NCBI GenBank assembly: GCA_021613535.1
Contig: CP075493.1
Span: forward strand, 62,001 to 126,000
Direction: 5' to 3'
From: Adineta vaga
Lineage: Eukaryota; Animalia; Rotifera
DNA: 64,000 bases
In this document: one piece after another, positions 52,960-63,659 of the stretch
How the letters are laid out: the number at the start of each line of letters is the position of its first letter
Position numbering within the stretch: position 1 is the first letter of the stretch
Program-made: the position numbers and the translations under genes
Notes under the pieces: model-generated
Told to the model about the DNA's origin: nothing
The model's input: the letters and a program-made list of their open reading frames with translations, nothing else
Database searches by the model: none

Positions 52960-55900
52960 CTTGGGGCTAAGCTGGATGCTACCAAGCGGGTCCACAGGTT
53001 GCGGATAGTAGAACGGCCATTAGTATGATGGTTAGCTGCGAATAAGATCAAGCGATTGATCAAATAAACAGTCCCGGACAATACTCAGCCTTCTTGCCAG
53101 CAGGGTGTGGTGGGGTTTTGTTTGGAACCAAAACTCTTATAAAATGCCACAGAAACCCAAAGACGACAGGATGACAGGGCGAGTATAGGCCGCCAGAAAC
53201 AAGGTTCCTCCCGAACCGAGATTTCATAAGCCTTATCCTGGGCCGATGGAGCTCGCTAGCCAGGACTAGCAAATTCATCAAATGGAGAAAACCATTCCAA
53301 ACCGGCGGAAGGCAAGGGGAAACCACCGCTGTACACTCCCAAGCACAACATGATAAACGTCAATACTTCCAGTCAAGATAACAGCGTGAAGGGGGTTCTC
53401 AGAGAGAACAACTCGCTCGGTAGAGGTGGTCATGTACGACAGGTGACCCTCGATCGTCAACAGGCTACTGTCCCAATCAAGATCTCACTCAAAATAGGAA
53501 CATGGAATGTAAGAACTATGTTTCAGAAAGGAAAATTAGACAATATAAAGAACGAAATGGAACGGATGAAAATAAATGCGTTAGGCTTATCTGAAGTCAG
53601 ATGGCTGGGTGCTGGATCTTTTACAACTGATAACTTTCTTTTATTATACTCTGGAGGAGACAAACACGAGAAAGGAGTAGGAATGCTTCTTGACAAAGAA
53701 ACCTCCAAGAGTTTGCAAGGCTTTTGGGCGATTTCAGACAGAGTTCTTCTTGTAAAACTCCACAGCAAACCCTTTAACACTTCATTAATTCAATGTTACG
53801 CACCAACAGCCGATTATGATGATGACGCAATCACGAGCTTCTATGAAGATCTAGACAAAGCCTACAAACAATGTAAGTCTGATGATATCATTTACGTAAT
53901 GGGTGACTTCAATGCAAAAGTGAGAGATAAAAGAATTGGCAATACAGTAGGACCTTTCGGTTTAGGAAACAAAAATGACAGAGGAGATAACTTAATAACT
54001 TGGTGCCAATCACATAATCTCGTAATCACAAACACGTGGTTCAAAAATCACCCACGTAGACTATGGACATGGCGAAGCCCAGGAGATCGGGCAAGAAATC
54101 AAATAGATTACATTATGGTCCCTCATCGATTCAGGAATTCAATCATTTTCTCTAAAGCATTTCCTGGAGCGGACTGTGGTAGCGACCATGTCCCAGTTAT
54201 TAGCAAAATTCGAGTAAAACTAAAAAGAATAAATCATCCACAGAAAAATATAAAGCTTCAAGTTCACATTCTGAAAACTGATGCAGATCTGAAAGAAAAA
54301 TTCCGCATAAAAGTGCAGAATCGTTTTGAAGCACTAGATCAAATAACAGAAACCGAGGTATTGTGGGAACAGATAAAATCATCCATACTAACATCTGCTG
54401 AAGAAATAATTCCAAAAACTCAATTAAAGAAAAAGAAAAGATGGATGACTAATGAAATCTTACAACTAATGGAGCAAAGACGACTGAAGAAGTCAAACCC
54501 CCACGAATACCAATTGATAGACAAATCAATCAAAAAGAAATGTTCAGAGGCAAAAGAGAAATGGTTGAACGAACAATGTTCAGAGATCGAAAGTAAGTTG
54601 AGTGTAAACACCAAATTCGCTCATCAAAAGATCAACGAAATAACAGGAAAATCAAGATGCACCAGTTCAGGTTGTATCAAATCGAAAAATGGAACCGTTC
54701 TAATGGAAAAAGGTGACATACTGAACAGGTGGTCAGAATATATAGAGGAACTCTTCGATGATAATAGAGCTTCTAAGCCTAACATAAAGAAAAATATAGA
54801 AGGGCCTCCAATAATGAAAGATGAAGTAAGACTGGCCATAAAATCAATGAAAACAAACAAAGCAACAGGGCCAGATGGAATATCCATCGAAATGATTCAA
54901 TGTCTCGATGAATTAGGTGTAGATGTCATGACAAAACTAATAAACAAAATATATGATACGGGTGAAATTCCGGAAGATCTAACAAAATCAGTATTCATAG
55001 CACTTCCAAAAAAGCCTGGAGCTACTGAATGTGAATTACATCGCACAATCAGCCTCATGAGTCATATCGCAAAAGTTTTGCTTAAGATTCTGATAATGCG
55101 TATGAAAAATAAAATCACGCCAGAAATCGCAAAAGAACAATATGGCTTTATGCCTGACAAAGGCACCAGAAACGCAATCTTCATCCTTCGAATGATAATC
55201 GAAAGATCAATTGAAGTCAAACATGACTTATACCTATGTTTCCTTGACTACACAAAAGCTTTTGATAAAGTCAAACACGACAGTCTATTCCAAATTTTGG
55301 AGAAACTCGATATTGATGGCAAAGATCTACGATTAATTCGAAATCTTTATTGGGATCAAAAAGCCGCCATGAGAGTAAACAATGATATAAGTGAATACAC
55401 AAACATCAAGAGAGGTGTCAGACAAGGATGTGTTCTATCTTCAGATCTCTTCAACATCTACAGTGAAATGATACTCAGAAACCTAGAAGATGTTGAAGGC
55501 GTAAAAATTGGAGGATACAACTGTAACAACCTAAGATATGCAGAGACACTGTATTGAAGCACCGAAGCAGAGTTGCAGAAGATGATTAATATAGTCTCGA
55601 CAGAGAGTACAAAAATGGGCCTATCACTTAATGTCAAGAAATCAGAATGCATGAGTATTTCAAAGAATAAAATTTCACCGACATGCAATGTAAATATATA
55701 TGGTGCACAAATCAAACAAGTCACTCACTTCAACTACTTGGGATCAATCATAACCTCAGATGGCCGATGTGATGAAGATATCAAAAAGAGAATCGCTCTC
55801 TCCAAACAAGCTTTCCAAAAGATGAGTCCGATTTTGAAAAACAGATCCATATCGATCAATACTAAAACAAGAGTTCTCAAATGTTATGTATGGTCGATTC

Positions 55901-56326
55901 TTTTGTATGGATCTGAATGCTGGACAATCAATAAAGAGATGGAAAAACGCTTAGAGGCTACTGAGATGTGGTTTCTCAGAAGGATGCTCAATGTACCTTG
56001 GACTGCTAGAGAAACCAATGCGTCAATATTAAAAAGAACGAAATCGAAAAGATTTTTAATCAATACCATCCGTTATAGGCAACTGAAATTCCTTGGCCAC
56101 ATAATCCGTAAAGGTTGCATGGAACATCTGGTATTGAGTGGAAAAATCAATGGAAAGAAAGATAAAGGCCGACCAAGAATCAAATATCTTGAAAACATGA
56201 ACCTTTGGATTGAAAAACAGGGTTACACGAAAATAGGCTTTCTTCACGCAGCTCAAGATCGGAAAAATTCGCGTATCATGTTAGCCAACGTCTGTAACAG
56301 ATAAGGCACCTATCTGATCTGATCTG
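52960..56326 (+). mobile_element. Near full-length RTE-clade non-LTR retrotransposon, 11-bp TSD
   Basis: TSD ATTTTGAAGAA at 52949-52959 and 56327-56337; 3' tail (ATCTG)3; RTE-type 5' UTR (GGTTGCGGATAG...TAGCTGCGAATA). Confidence 0.95.
53350..56304 (+). pseudogene. RTE APE-RT polyprotein broken at the YADD motif
   Basis: IGTWNVRT, YAPT, MGDFNAKV, QIDYI, GSDH (APE); KATGPDGI, FLDYTKAFD, GVRQGCVLS, NNLRYA-(lesion, TGA)-...YLGS. ORFs 53350-55557 and 55573-56304 are in the same frame. Confidence 0.93.
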
Positions 56327-56439
56327 ATTTTGAAGAAAGTTAATTAAAAATGAATTCTATTTCACCAATCAATCGATTTATTCAAATGAATTCATGTCAT
56401 TTCTACAGAAAAAAGAATACTCAAGATTGTTGGCTTGGA

Positions 56440-56754
56440 CCCAGGTCGAAAAATCCGAGCCGGATCCGGCCGGAACCAGAACATTTCGGTCATTTCATGG
56501 AAGCAGGATTCCGACCCGGATATTTTCGAACTTTTCCACTCGCTTCTGACTAACTTCCAGTAAGTTCCAGTCGGAAAACGACTGGAATTCGCCAGAACAG
56601 TCCGAGAAATTCCGATCGGAATACTGCTTCCACTCTCCTTTGTTTTCCGGTTGGAACCGTTTGGAACTAGCTAGAACCGTCCGGAATATCCTCGGAAAGG
56701 CGTGATTTCTGGCAGGTTCCTTTCGGATCCGGAGGCCGGAACGTCCGTCCTGGG
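56440..56754. mobile_element. CMC-like MITE, CCCAGG termini, 2-bp TSD (GA)
   Basis: GA|CCCAGGTCGAA...GTCCGTCCTGGG|GA; CCGGA-rich interior. Confidence 0.88.
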
Positions 56755-57946
56755 GATACAAATATATTTCATGTGATCGTTTACAAGAATATCTACTTAA
56801 AATGATTAAACCATGTACCAATGTGGTTAGTGATAACATAGTAGTAACAACAATGACGGTACCTCAATTACCTAGTACGTATTGGTTTGATAATCTTATT
56901 TTGAGTATGGCAAACAATTCAGACCTCGATGTCTAGATTACAAAAAGAAATTTCATTCTGTCTCTTTTTCTACCTTTTTATTTGCCAAATAGATCAATTA
57001 CAAGCTACAATTTCATTCGATTTCCATTCGCCATACATCATTGTTATTTTAATTCTATCTATGATTCTATTCATAAGTCTACTTGTATTTTTGACAACTA
57101 TTATCATTATTTATACTATGAATTATTGTCGAAAAAACCGACGACGTCAAGTATGTATGCCGGAGACAAATCAATACATCCGTGAGTACTTTTATGTCCC
57201 TTATTCACTCATTTCTTTTCGTGAATCGTTTTTCGATATAACGGTGATTCCTACTCTTAGGAACAGAAGGAAGAGAAAAACAAAACTATTTAAATCCATT
57301 ACCAATAATCAATAACAAAAAAGAAACAGAGATCGGAAAAAATAATCAAGGTCTTCCGATAAATCATAATACGCAACGACAATCAACAACTTATGATCAT
57401 AATCTACAGTCCGTAAGTTCTATGACCAAAATCTACTTTACCTTTAATTCAATTTCATTCATTTTTCTTGCTCCTCATATTTCAGTCGCCACTTTACTAT
57501 GAATGCCTATAAATTAGAAACTTCAACCAACCTCGATTCCAGTGCAAGCGGAACAAGCATTGGACGCCAACAAATAGACGAATATATTCCTTTCGATTAC
57601 CGCCCAAGGCATTACTTCTTTTTTTGCATATATCTTTCAGTTTTGTACTTCTTTATTGTCAATTTCATCTACTTAATTATTGCAATTCTCGCGTATTGCT
57701 TCCAATTGAACATTCTCATCTCTATACTTTGACATTTTACTTCAGCGGATCAATTTCTGTAAAATATTTCGTAGCTAATATAAACTGATGCTATCTTTTC
57801 CACTAAAAACTAATATCACAAATCTACCCTATCCGTAGACCAAGAACTAACAACGCACAGAAATACATTAATATAAATAGATACATTTCTGAATTCGAGA
57901 TGAAGCCAGAGTAGAACCAGCATTAGAATTGATTGTAGACTAATTA

Positions 57947-57996
57947 TGCCACCTGAAGATAGACCCTTTAGCAAGGTCGAAACTATAGTCGTGGTA
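57947..57996 (+). ncRNA. Minimal type I hammerhead ribozyme (Penelope-like element type)
   Basis: Stem I TGCCAC/GTGGTA; core CTGAAGA (57953-59); stem II GACC..GGTC; GAAA (57979-82); palindromic stem III CTATAG; GTC cleavage triplet (cut after 57990). Two extra nt (TA) before stem II. Confidence 0.8.
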
Positions 57997-58014
57997 GCTA
58001 TATCTTTATATATA

Positions 58015-58038
58015 CACACCCACACCCACCCACCCACC
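58015..58038 (-). repeat. Short interstitial telomeric-type repeat (TGTGGG/TGGG on minus strand)
   Basis: CACACCCACACCCACCCACCCACC at the junction between the hammerhead and the Gypsy pol. Confidence 0.65.
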
Positions 58039-58384
58039 GCTCCTGTTGTTACTCGTTCCAAAACTCGTGCACATCCTCCTACCACCACCTCTGATCCGAT
58101 TCCACCATCTGTTGGTGCTTTTGCTCCAGCAGACCCTTCGCATTCTTTCTCCTCTAGCCCACCCATCCTCTCCCCTGACACGTCGTTAGATCTCAGTTTT
58201 TCTCGTATTCAACACGAACAATACTCTGATTCCAGTAGTCTTTCCCTCATTAATCAGTTGCGTCAACAACCTTCTCACTCACAATACGTCTTACACGACG
58301 ATACACTCTTCCGCCTCGTTTCTCGTTTTCCCTCTGATCTTCCCTCCTCGCATTCCTTACCTTCCTAAATCTCTCATTCCCTTA

Positions 58385-59426
58385 GTGCTTCGTCTTTATC
58401 ATGATCATCCGCTTAGTGGTCATTTTGGTGTACATCGCACCTTTTTGCGCATTCGCGATAAATTCTGGTGGCCCAACATGCACTCTAGCATTCAAAACTA
58501 CATTGCCTACTGCTCTTCTTGTGCTCGTCATAATATCCTCCGCACTAAGACTCCCGGCCATCTTCATTCGATTGATCCACCATTTGGCGTGTTTCAACTG
58601 TTGCACCTCGATTTCTGGGGTCCTGTTCTAACCCCTTCTGCTTCTGGTAATCGTTACGTCATTGTTCTTACTGATAACTTGTCAAAATACGTCATTGCAC
58701 AGGCACTTCCAGATTGTACTGCTCGCTCCGCTGCTCAGTTCCTCATCGATCGTTTTATTCTCGTGCATGGTGCTCCTGAACGTCTCTTAACTGATAACGG
58801 TACACACTTTAACAATACTCTTCTGCGCGCCGTTACTTCTTCCATGCAGATCCCTCACACCTTTTCTGTCGCCTACCATCCACAAACCAATGGACAAGTT
58901 GAGCGGTTTAACGCTACGTTTGCCGCTCAGCTTGCCAAATACCGTCATCCCGATCGTCATGATTGGGATCTCTACCTTCCCTCTATTGTCTATGCTTACA
59001 ATACTTGTGTTCATTCTACCACTCAGCTCATGCCTTACGAAGTCCCTTTTGACCGCCGTCCAAAAAGTCCTTTTGATGCAGCTTCTCCCACTATTAATCT
59101 CCCTCCTCTCCATTCCTTTTACCCGTATCTACAACAAACTCGTCGTCTTCTTCTTTCTGCAGCTCGCAAAAATATCATTCGTCATCAGTTACACTGGCAA
59201 CAGCGCTATAATCGTAACCGTCGTAATCCCTCTTATCATGTCGGTGATCTTGTTTATGTTCATGTTGCTGGTGGTCGTACTAAATTTACTTCTCGCCGCT
59301 CTGGTACCTATCCAATTCTCGATATTTCCGGCACGCAAAATTATCTTGTACAGGATCCTTCCTCTGGTTCCACTGGTGGTGTCATGTTAGTCAACTCCAT
59401 CCCTTTGTAGACCGTCTTTCTCCGTA
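58385..59426 (+). CDS. Gypsy integrase (H2C2 zinc-binding, DDE core, GPY/F-like end), frameshifted at both ends
   Basis: YHDHPLSGHFG..CSSC; LHLDFWGP; LLTDNGTHF; YHPQTNGQVERFN; alternative-frame C-terminus WCHVSQLHPF. Confidence 0.92.
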
Positions 59427-59717
59427 ATTCTTTTCTACCCCTCTTTCTCTATTCTTTCCATCATGTCCGTCATTTACTCACATTTCGATCGACAGGTTGT
59501 GGCAGCCTGGATCTTCTGAATTTGTTTTTCTTTTATCTACTCCCTTGTCGCTATCTTTTATATTACTTTTTTCACATGGCTCCATTCTTTCGCATGTGAT
59601 TTTTTTTGTCTCGTGTTTCTCCATTTCCTGGATCTGTACTCATCCCCTATATATACGGATACATTCTTCTGATCATTCGCTCATTCATTCATTCATTCAT
59701 TTATCTCTCCTTTTATT

Positions 59718-60035
59718 ATGGTCTTCAACGTTATCTACCTTCTGGTGTTTTTATGCATTTTCTCCACAGTTGCTCTTGCTAGTATTATCGATTCTAAGCC
59801 GCTGTCTCCCTCTGCAAACGTTCATGTTGATATTGTCAATTCCATGGCCGCTTCCTTACAAACTCACGCCCGGCAATTTCATTCATCCTGGCGTGATTAT
59901 TGTGTCATTTACCTTATGGTCGTAGTCAATGGTCTTCTGGTTCTTACCTGCTGCGGTCTTTTCCTCTTTTGTTCTTATCGTCGCCTGCTTCTTCAACTGC
60001 AAAAATCTCCACCTCCAAGTATTATTCGTACATAA
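59718..60035 (+). CDS. Small signal-peptide + TM ORF at the env position
   Basis: 105 aa with a hydrophobic N-terminus and a second TM followed by YRR; lies between integrase and PPT. Confidence 0.5.
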   Translation: MVFNVIYLLVFLCIFSTVALASIIDSKPLSPSANVHVDIVNSMAASLQTHARQFHSSWRDYCVIYLMVVVNGLLVLTCCGLFLFCSYRRLLLQLQKSPPPSIIRT

Positions 60036-60199
60036 TATTCTTCAATTACACCGAACATTTGTTTTTTTTCGCTTTGCTTCATTATCTTGCCCTGCTTGAT
60101 TCTCATGTGCAGCACTTATTTTTTTTCTTTTTTCGTTCTGTTTTTCTCACTCTCTTTTGCTTCCTTTGGTATGCATTCCACTTGCTTGATGGGGGGAGG

Positions 60200-60390
60200 T
60201 GTCATGGACTTCGTCCATGATTCTTCCACTCCTCAACACACTTCATTCCCCTTCATTCCATTCTTCTCCTCTTTACTCCTCTTCCATTCTCTTTCATCCC
60301 ACATCTACTCTTTTCGTATATATACATGCGCATTCTTCATAAGAGTGTGTGTTCTTCTCCTGTCTCTTCCATCAATAAAGGACTATCACA
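60200..60390 (+). repeat. 3' LTR (191 bp)
   Basis: TG...CA ends directly after the PPT; TATA-like TATATATA and AATAAA inside. Confidence 0.8.
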
Positions 60391-60859
60391 ATGCCACTGG
60401 CAGCGGTCCAGTTTAGTTTCGGTCGCAAAAAATTGTACCCGTATATAATTGTATACGAGAAACGAAGTTTCATGTTTTCGCCTTTTCTCTTTACGTTTCC
60501 TTTTCATTTTTTTCTTTGTTCGTTGTACTATCATATATATTTATTACTTACTTTGCATTTCTGGATTCATAGTGCATATCATATCGCCTCTTCCTGAAAT
60601 AGTTAGATTCCGTGTATCTTTTTCTCGTATGTTCTCTTCTTGTGATATATGATAATTTCTCTTGTGGTTAGTAAGATTATGAGAGTGTGAATGTGAGTGT
60701 CGGTATGACAATTCGTGAAAAGAATATGGACACTATCATCGTGCTCACTCATACTCTCGCGTTTATACCAACATTCATCCAGAATCATGCCGTTATGCAT
60801 GTCGCTTAGATTTTTCTTCATAAATAGAGCGAATAAAATACTTTTAGAATTTTTTTCAG

Positions 60860-61817
60860 ATGTCGAATGTATCGATATTAATTGCCGCCATCATTCTATG
60901 TGTTACTGTCGAGTGTCAATGCTCCGAAGAACCAGAGATTAAGCCTTTAAATACGGTAAATCCTATTACTAAATCCTCTCGTCTACTCTTTGTGCCAGCA
61001 CCGTCGTATTCTCATCTAAACGTACTTAAGATCATTGCGACTGATTTGTGTCAATCTTCGGAATATCATCATCAGTGTACGTTTGCTGTATTCGACGAAC
61101 AACTCGATTCTTTTCGATCTGCCACAAATATATTCAAAGTCATTACTTTCGGAAAAATACCTTTGCCACCAAAAGTAGATGGAAGTAAAATTAAAACAAC
61201 TCTACAATTTCATTCTCATATCACATTACCATTTTTTTCCAACTTATACAAGCCAATGCATCATGCCTTGATGAATCATTTGAAAACTAATACTTACGAT
61301 CTCCTAATAATCAATATGTTTGCTTTTGCTGCACAAGATATAGCTTATGATTTGAAAATACCATACGTTATCCTTGCATATACAACCGTTGAAGGTAACC
61401 TCATACTACCGAGTTGGATACCACGAGGTTATGATTTCATGACGCCAACTGATTTAACTATGTCAATAATCAGACGATTCTATAATAAATTTATTGTTCC
61501 GATACAGATGCTTTATTATTTGTGGCCACATATGCAGCGATTGGATCGAATACGCATTGAGTGTAATCGATCAACGCACGGATCATTTTCTACACCGATT
61601 ATTCAGCGATGGAATGGACATCCAGTGCTGCTACCATATTCTCGAGCGTTTGATTTTAAAAGACCGTTGTCCATGAATTATCACTATGTAGGTTTTGTCA
61701 CAGGTGAAAGTCAAGCAGATGCATCAAAATCAGAAGATGACAAAAGTGTACAGTTCTGGCTCAATAAAAACAGTGAAGATAAAGAGGAAAAAGAAGTTAT
61801 TATGTATGTAGGATTAG
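60860..61817 (+). CDS. UDP-glycosyltransferase (UGT family), first exon; the gene probably continues beyond the window
   Basis: Signal peptide; LLFVPAPSYSH; YDLLIIN.F...A..IA..LKIPYV; FDFKRP...YHYVG; WL....IMYVGLG|GTGAGT donor at 61818. Confidence 0.88.
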
Positions 61818-62322
61818 GTGAGTCTTATAAAAAATCACTCAAGTGATAAGTATAGATTGGATTTACATTTTTAACAGAATTCCAAAAACTAGAAAGTGCA
61901 ATTATTTATATAATACTTCGAAATCTTCTATGTTTTTCTTAGTTTATGATTTTTTAACTGTAGCCTAGACGAGCCAGCAAAACTCAAGGTGGAATTCCAC
62001 AGGATTTTAAAAACTATCTCATACATATGGACCCGAACCAGGTTACATCCATATAAGTTACCGTTTGATATAACTTAATTCAATCCGTTAATGAGAGAAT
62101 CTGTCACGGTGCTGCCCTTCAAGTTCTAGGATATTCTCGTATGGATAACATATGATGTCGTAGTAAAAAGTCCAGAAGAATTAGAGTCGAGGTATCAGTT
62201 TTCCAAGAGTGTCTGACATGTCAACGCATTTCAAACGTTTTCAATATCTACAAAATCATTTTGACGAGTTTGGCCACGCAGTTTGTGCTTCAGGGTGTTC
62301 TGGAACTTTTACAGTATAAGAA

Positions 62323-63322
62323 CCACTGAGCGAAAAGAACTACTGATTTCTCTATATAGCTTCTCAATCAGCAATCATACATTTAGCTGAAAGTTAATCA
62401 ATCTTGTGTGGAATGTTATTGAGGTCTAAATTCAAATTTACAACCCTACAATTTGAAATTTGATCGAGATACGAAAGAGAGATTGAACGCACCCGAAATA
62501 CCATTTTTCTTCTATTTTGATTGTCTTGGACGGTTGTCCATTAGCAATATTTTAGCGATATCTCTTCACCGGAGTGTGACAGAGTTCTAAAATTTTAACT
62601 AGGAATGCATTTCAACATGGGGAATACAACCGTTTTATTAAAGAGATATGTTATGATTGTAATCAGATAGGTTGATAGAGAGATATCGTAACAATATTGA
62701 TGACAGACGACCATCCAAAACAATCAAAATAAAAGAAAAGGGTATTTTGGGTGCGTTCAATCAGTTTTTCGTATCTCAGTCAAATTTCAAGTTATACGGT
62801 TGTAAATTTCGATTTAGATCTCAATAATATTGCTCACAAAATCGATTAACTCTCAGCTAAATCTATGATTGCTGATTGAGCAAGTATATTGAGAAATCAC
62901 ACTCTAAATAAAAAAGGTAAGGTGACCGAATCCATCAAAAGGGTTTCATAGGTTTCAAAGGTTTCAGAATGGGTTGACAAATCGAAAGAAATGGTTTTCA
63001 AAACCTACGAAACCTAAAAAGGATCTGACTGTGGGTACACGCTTCGAACCATCATCTACGAAACCTTTTTGAGTTTTGTACAGCGAAACAAAGGTTCCGT
63101 CAGGAAGTACGAAACCTCGTGGTTCAGCACTGTGGTTTTATACGAAAGCATTAAGGTTTCGTGAGCAGATACGAAACCTTTTTAGGTTTCGTAGATTTTG
63201 AAAACCATTTCCTTCGATTTATCACCACATTCTGAAGCTTTTGAAATCTACCAAACGCTTTTGATGGGTTTGGTAACACACCATTTTTATTTAGAGTGCA
63301 GTTATTCGTCTCGCCTCGTGGC
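62323..63322. mobile_element. Long palindromic MITE (~240-bp arms) interrupted by a CACTC MITE
   Basis: Arms e.g. GATTGAACGCACCCGAAATACC / GGTATTTTGGGTGCGTTCAATC; the right arm resumes at 63299 after the nested insertion. Outer termini uncertain. Confidence 0.75.
62900..63298. mobile_element. CACTC-ended MITE (copy 3), 2-bp TSD (CA)
   Basis: CA|CACTCTAAATAAAAAAGG...CCATTTTTATTTAGAGTG|CA. Confidence 0.9.
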
Positions 63323-63659
63323 TTTTGCGAACGTTGTGAAAATTAAACTACTGTCTGTTTAAAGAAAGACTGCCCGTGCATATTTTTACAATAGCTCAAG
63401 AATGGAAAGGGCTAGAGACCTGAAATTTTCAGCAACATACTTGGCACTCTATTGGGTATAGAATCGTGCCAAATTTGATTGGTCCAAGAGCTAATCCATC
63501 AGGTCGTTTCTTGATAACAATAATAGGAATATGATTTCGGGTGACATGTTTTTAATTGTCTATATGGTAGAGCTAGGTGTACCCTTTCAATCTACGGGAG
63601 AATACTTCCTATTCTCAAAATTTACACATTCCTGCACAGTCTTGCCACCCGAAATCGAG

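Larger units (their letters stand above)
52565..57720 (+). pseudogene. Multi-exon single-pass membrane protein gene disrupted by the RTE and a CMC MITE
   Basis: Removing the MITE and one GA gives QDCWLG|YKYISCDRLQEYLLKMIKPC; later a TM segment IIVILILSMILFISLLVFLTTIIIIY followed by CRKNRRR. The RTE sits in a small upstream exon. Boundaries approximate. Confidence 0.55.
40900..58038 (+). mobile_element. Terminon-like giant Athena/Penelope-like retroelement (non-autonomous), with later insertions
   Basis: Co-oriented spliced ORFs (Rep-like, CC-RT, DEDDy, CC, membrane protein) ending in a hammerhead motif plus (CACACC)-type reverse telomeric repeats. 5' boundary approximate. Confidence 0.75.
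58039..60390 (+). mobile_element. 5'-truncated Ty3/Gypsy LTR retrotransposon (integrase, small ORF3, PPT, 3' LTR)
   Basis: Begins at the VVTRSKTR linker; integrase follows; PPT GGGGGGAGG 60191-60199; LTR TGTCAT...AATAAA...ATCACA. Confidence 0.92.

Noticed and set aside
53523-56256. Minus-strand ORFs within the RTE (similarly + strand ORFs within the hAT transposase)
   Set aside because: Antisense shadows of long coding frames with no motifs.
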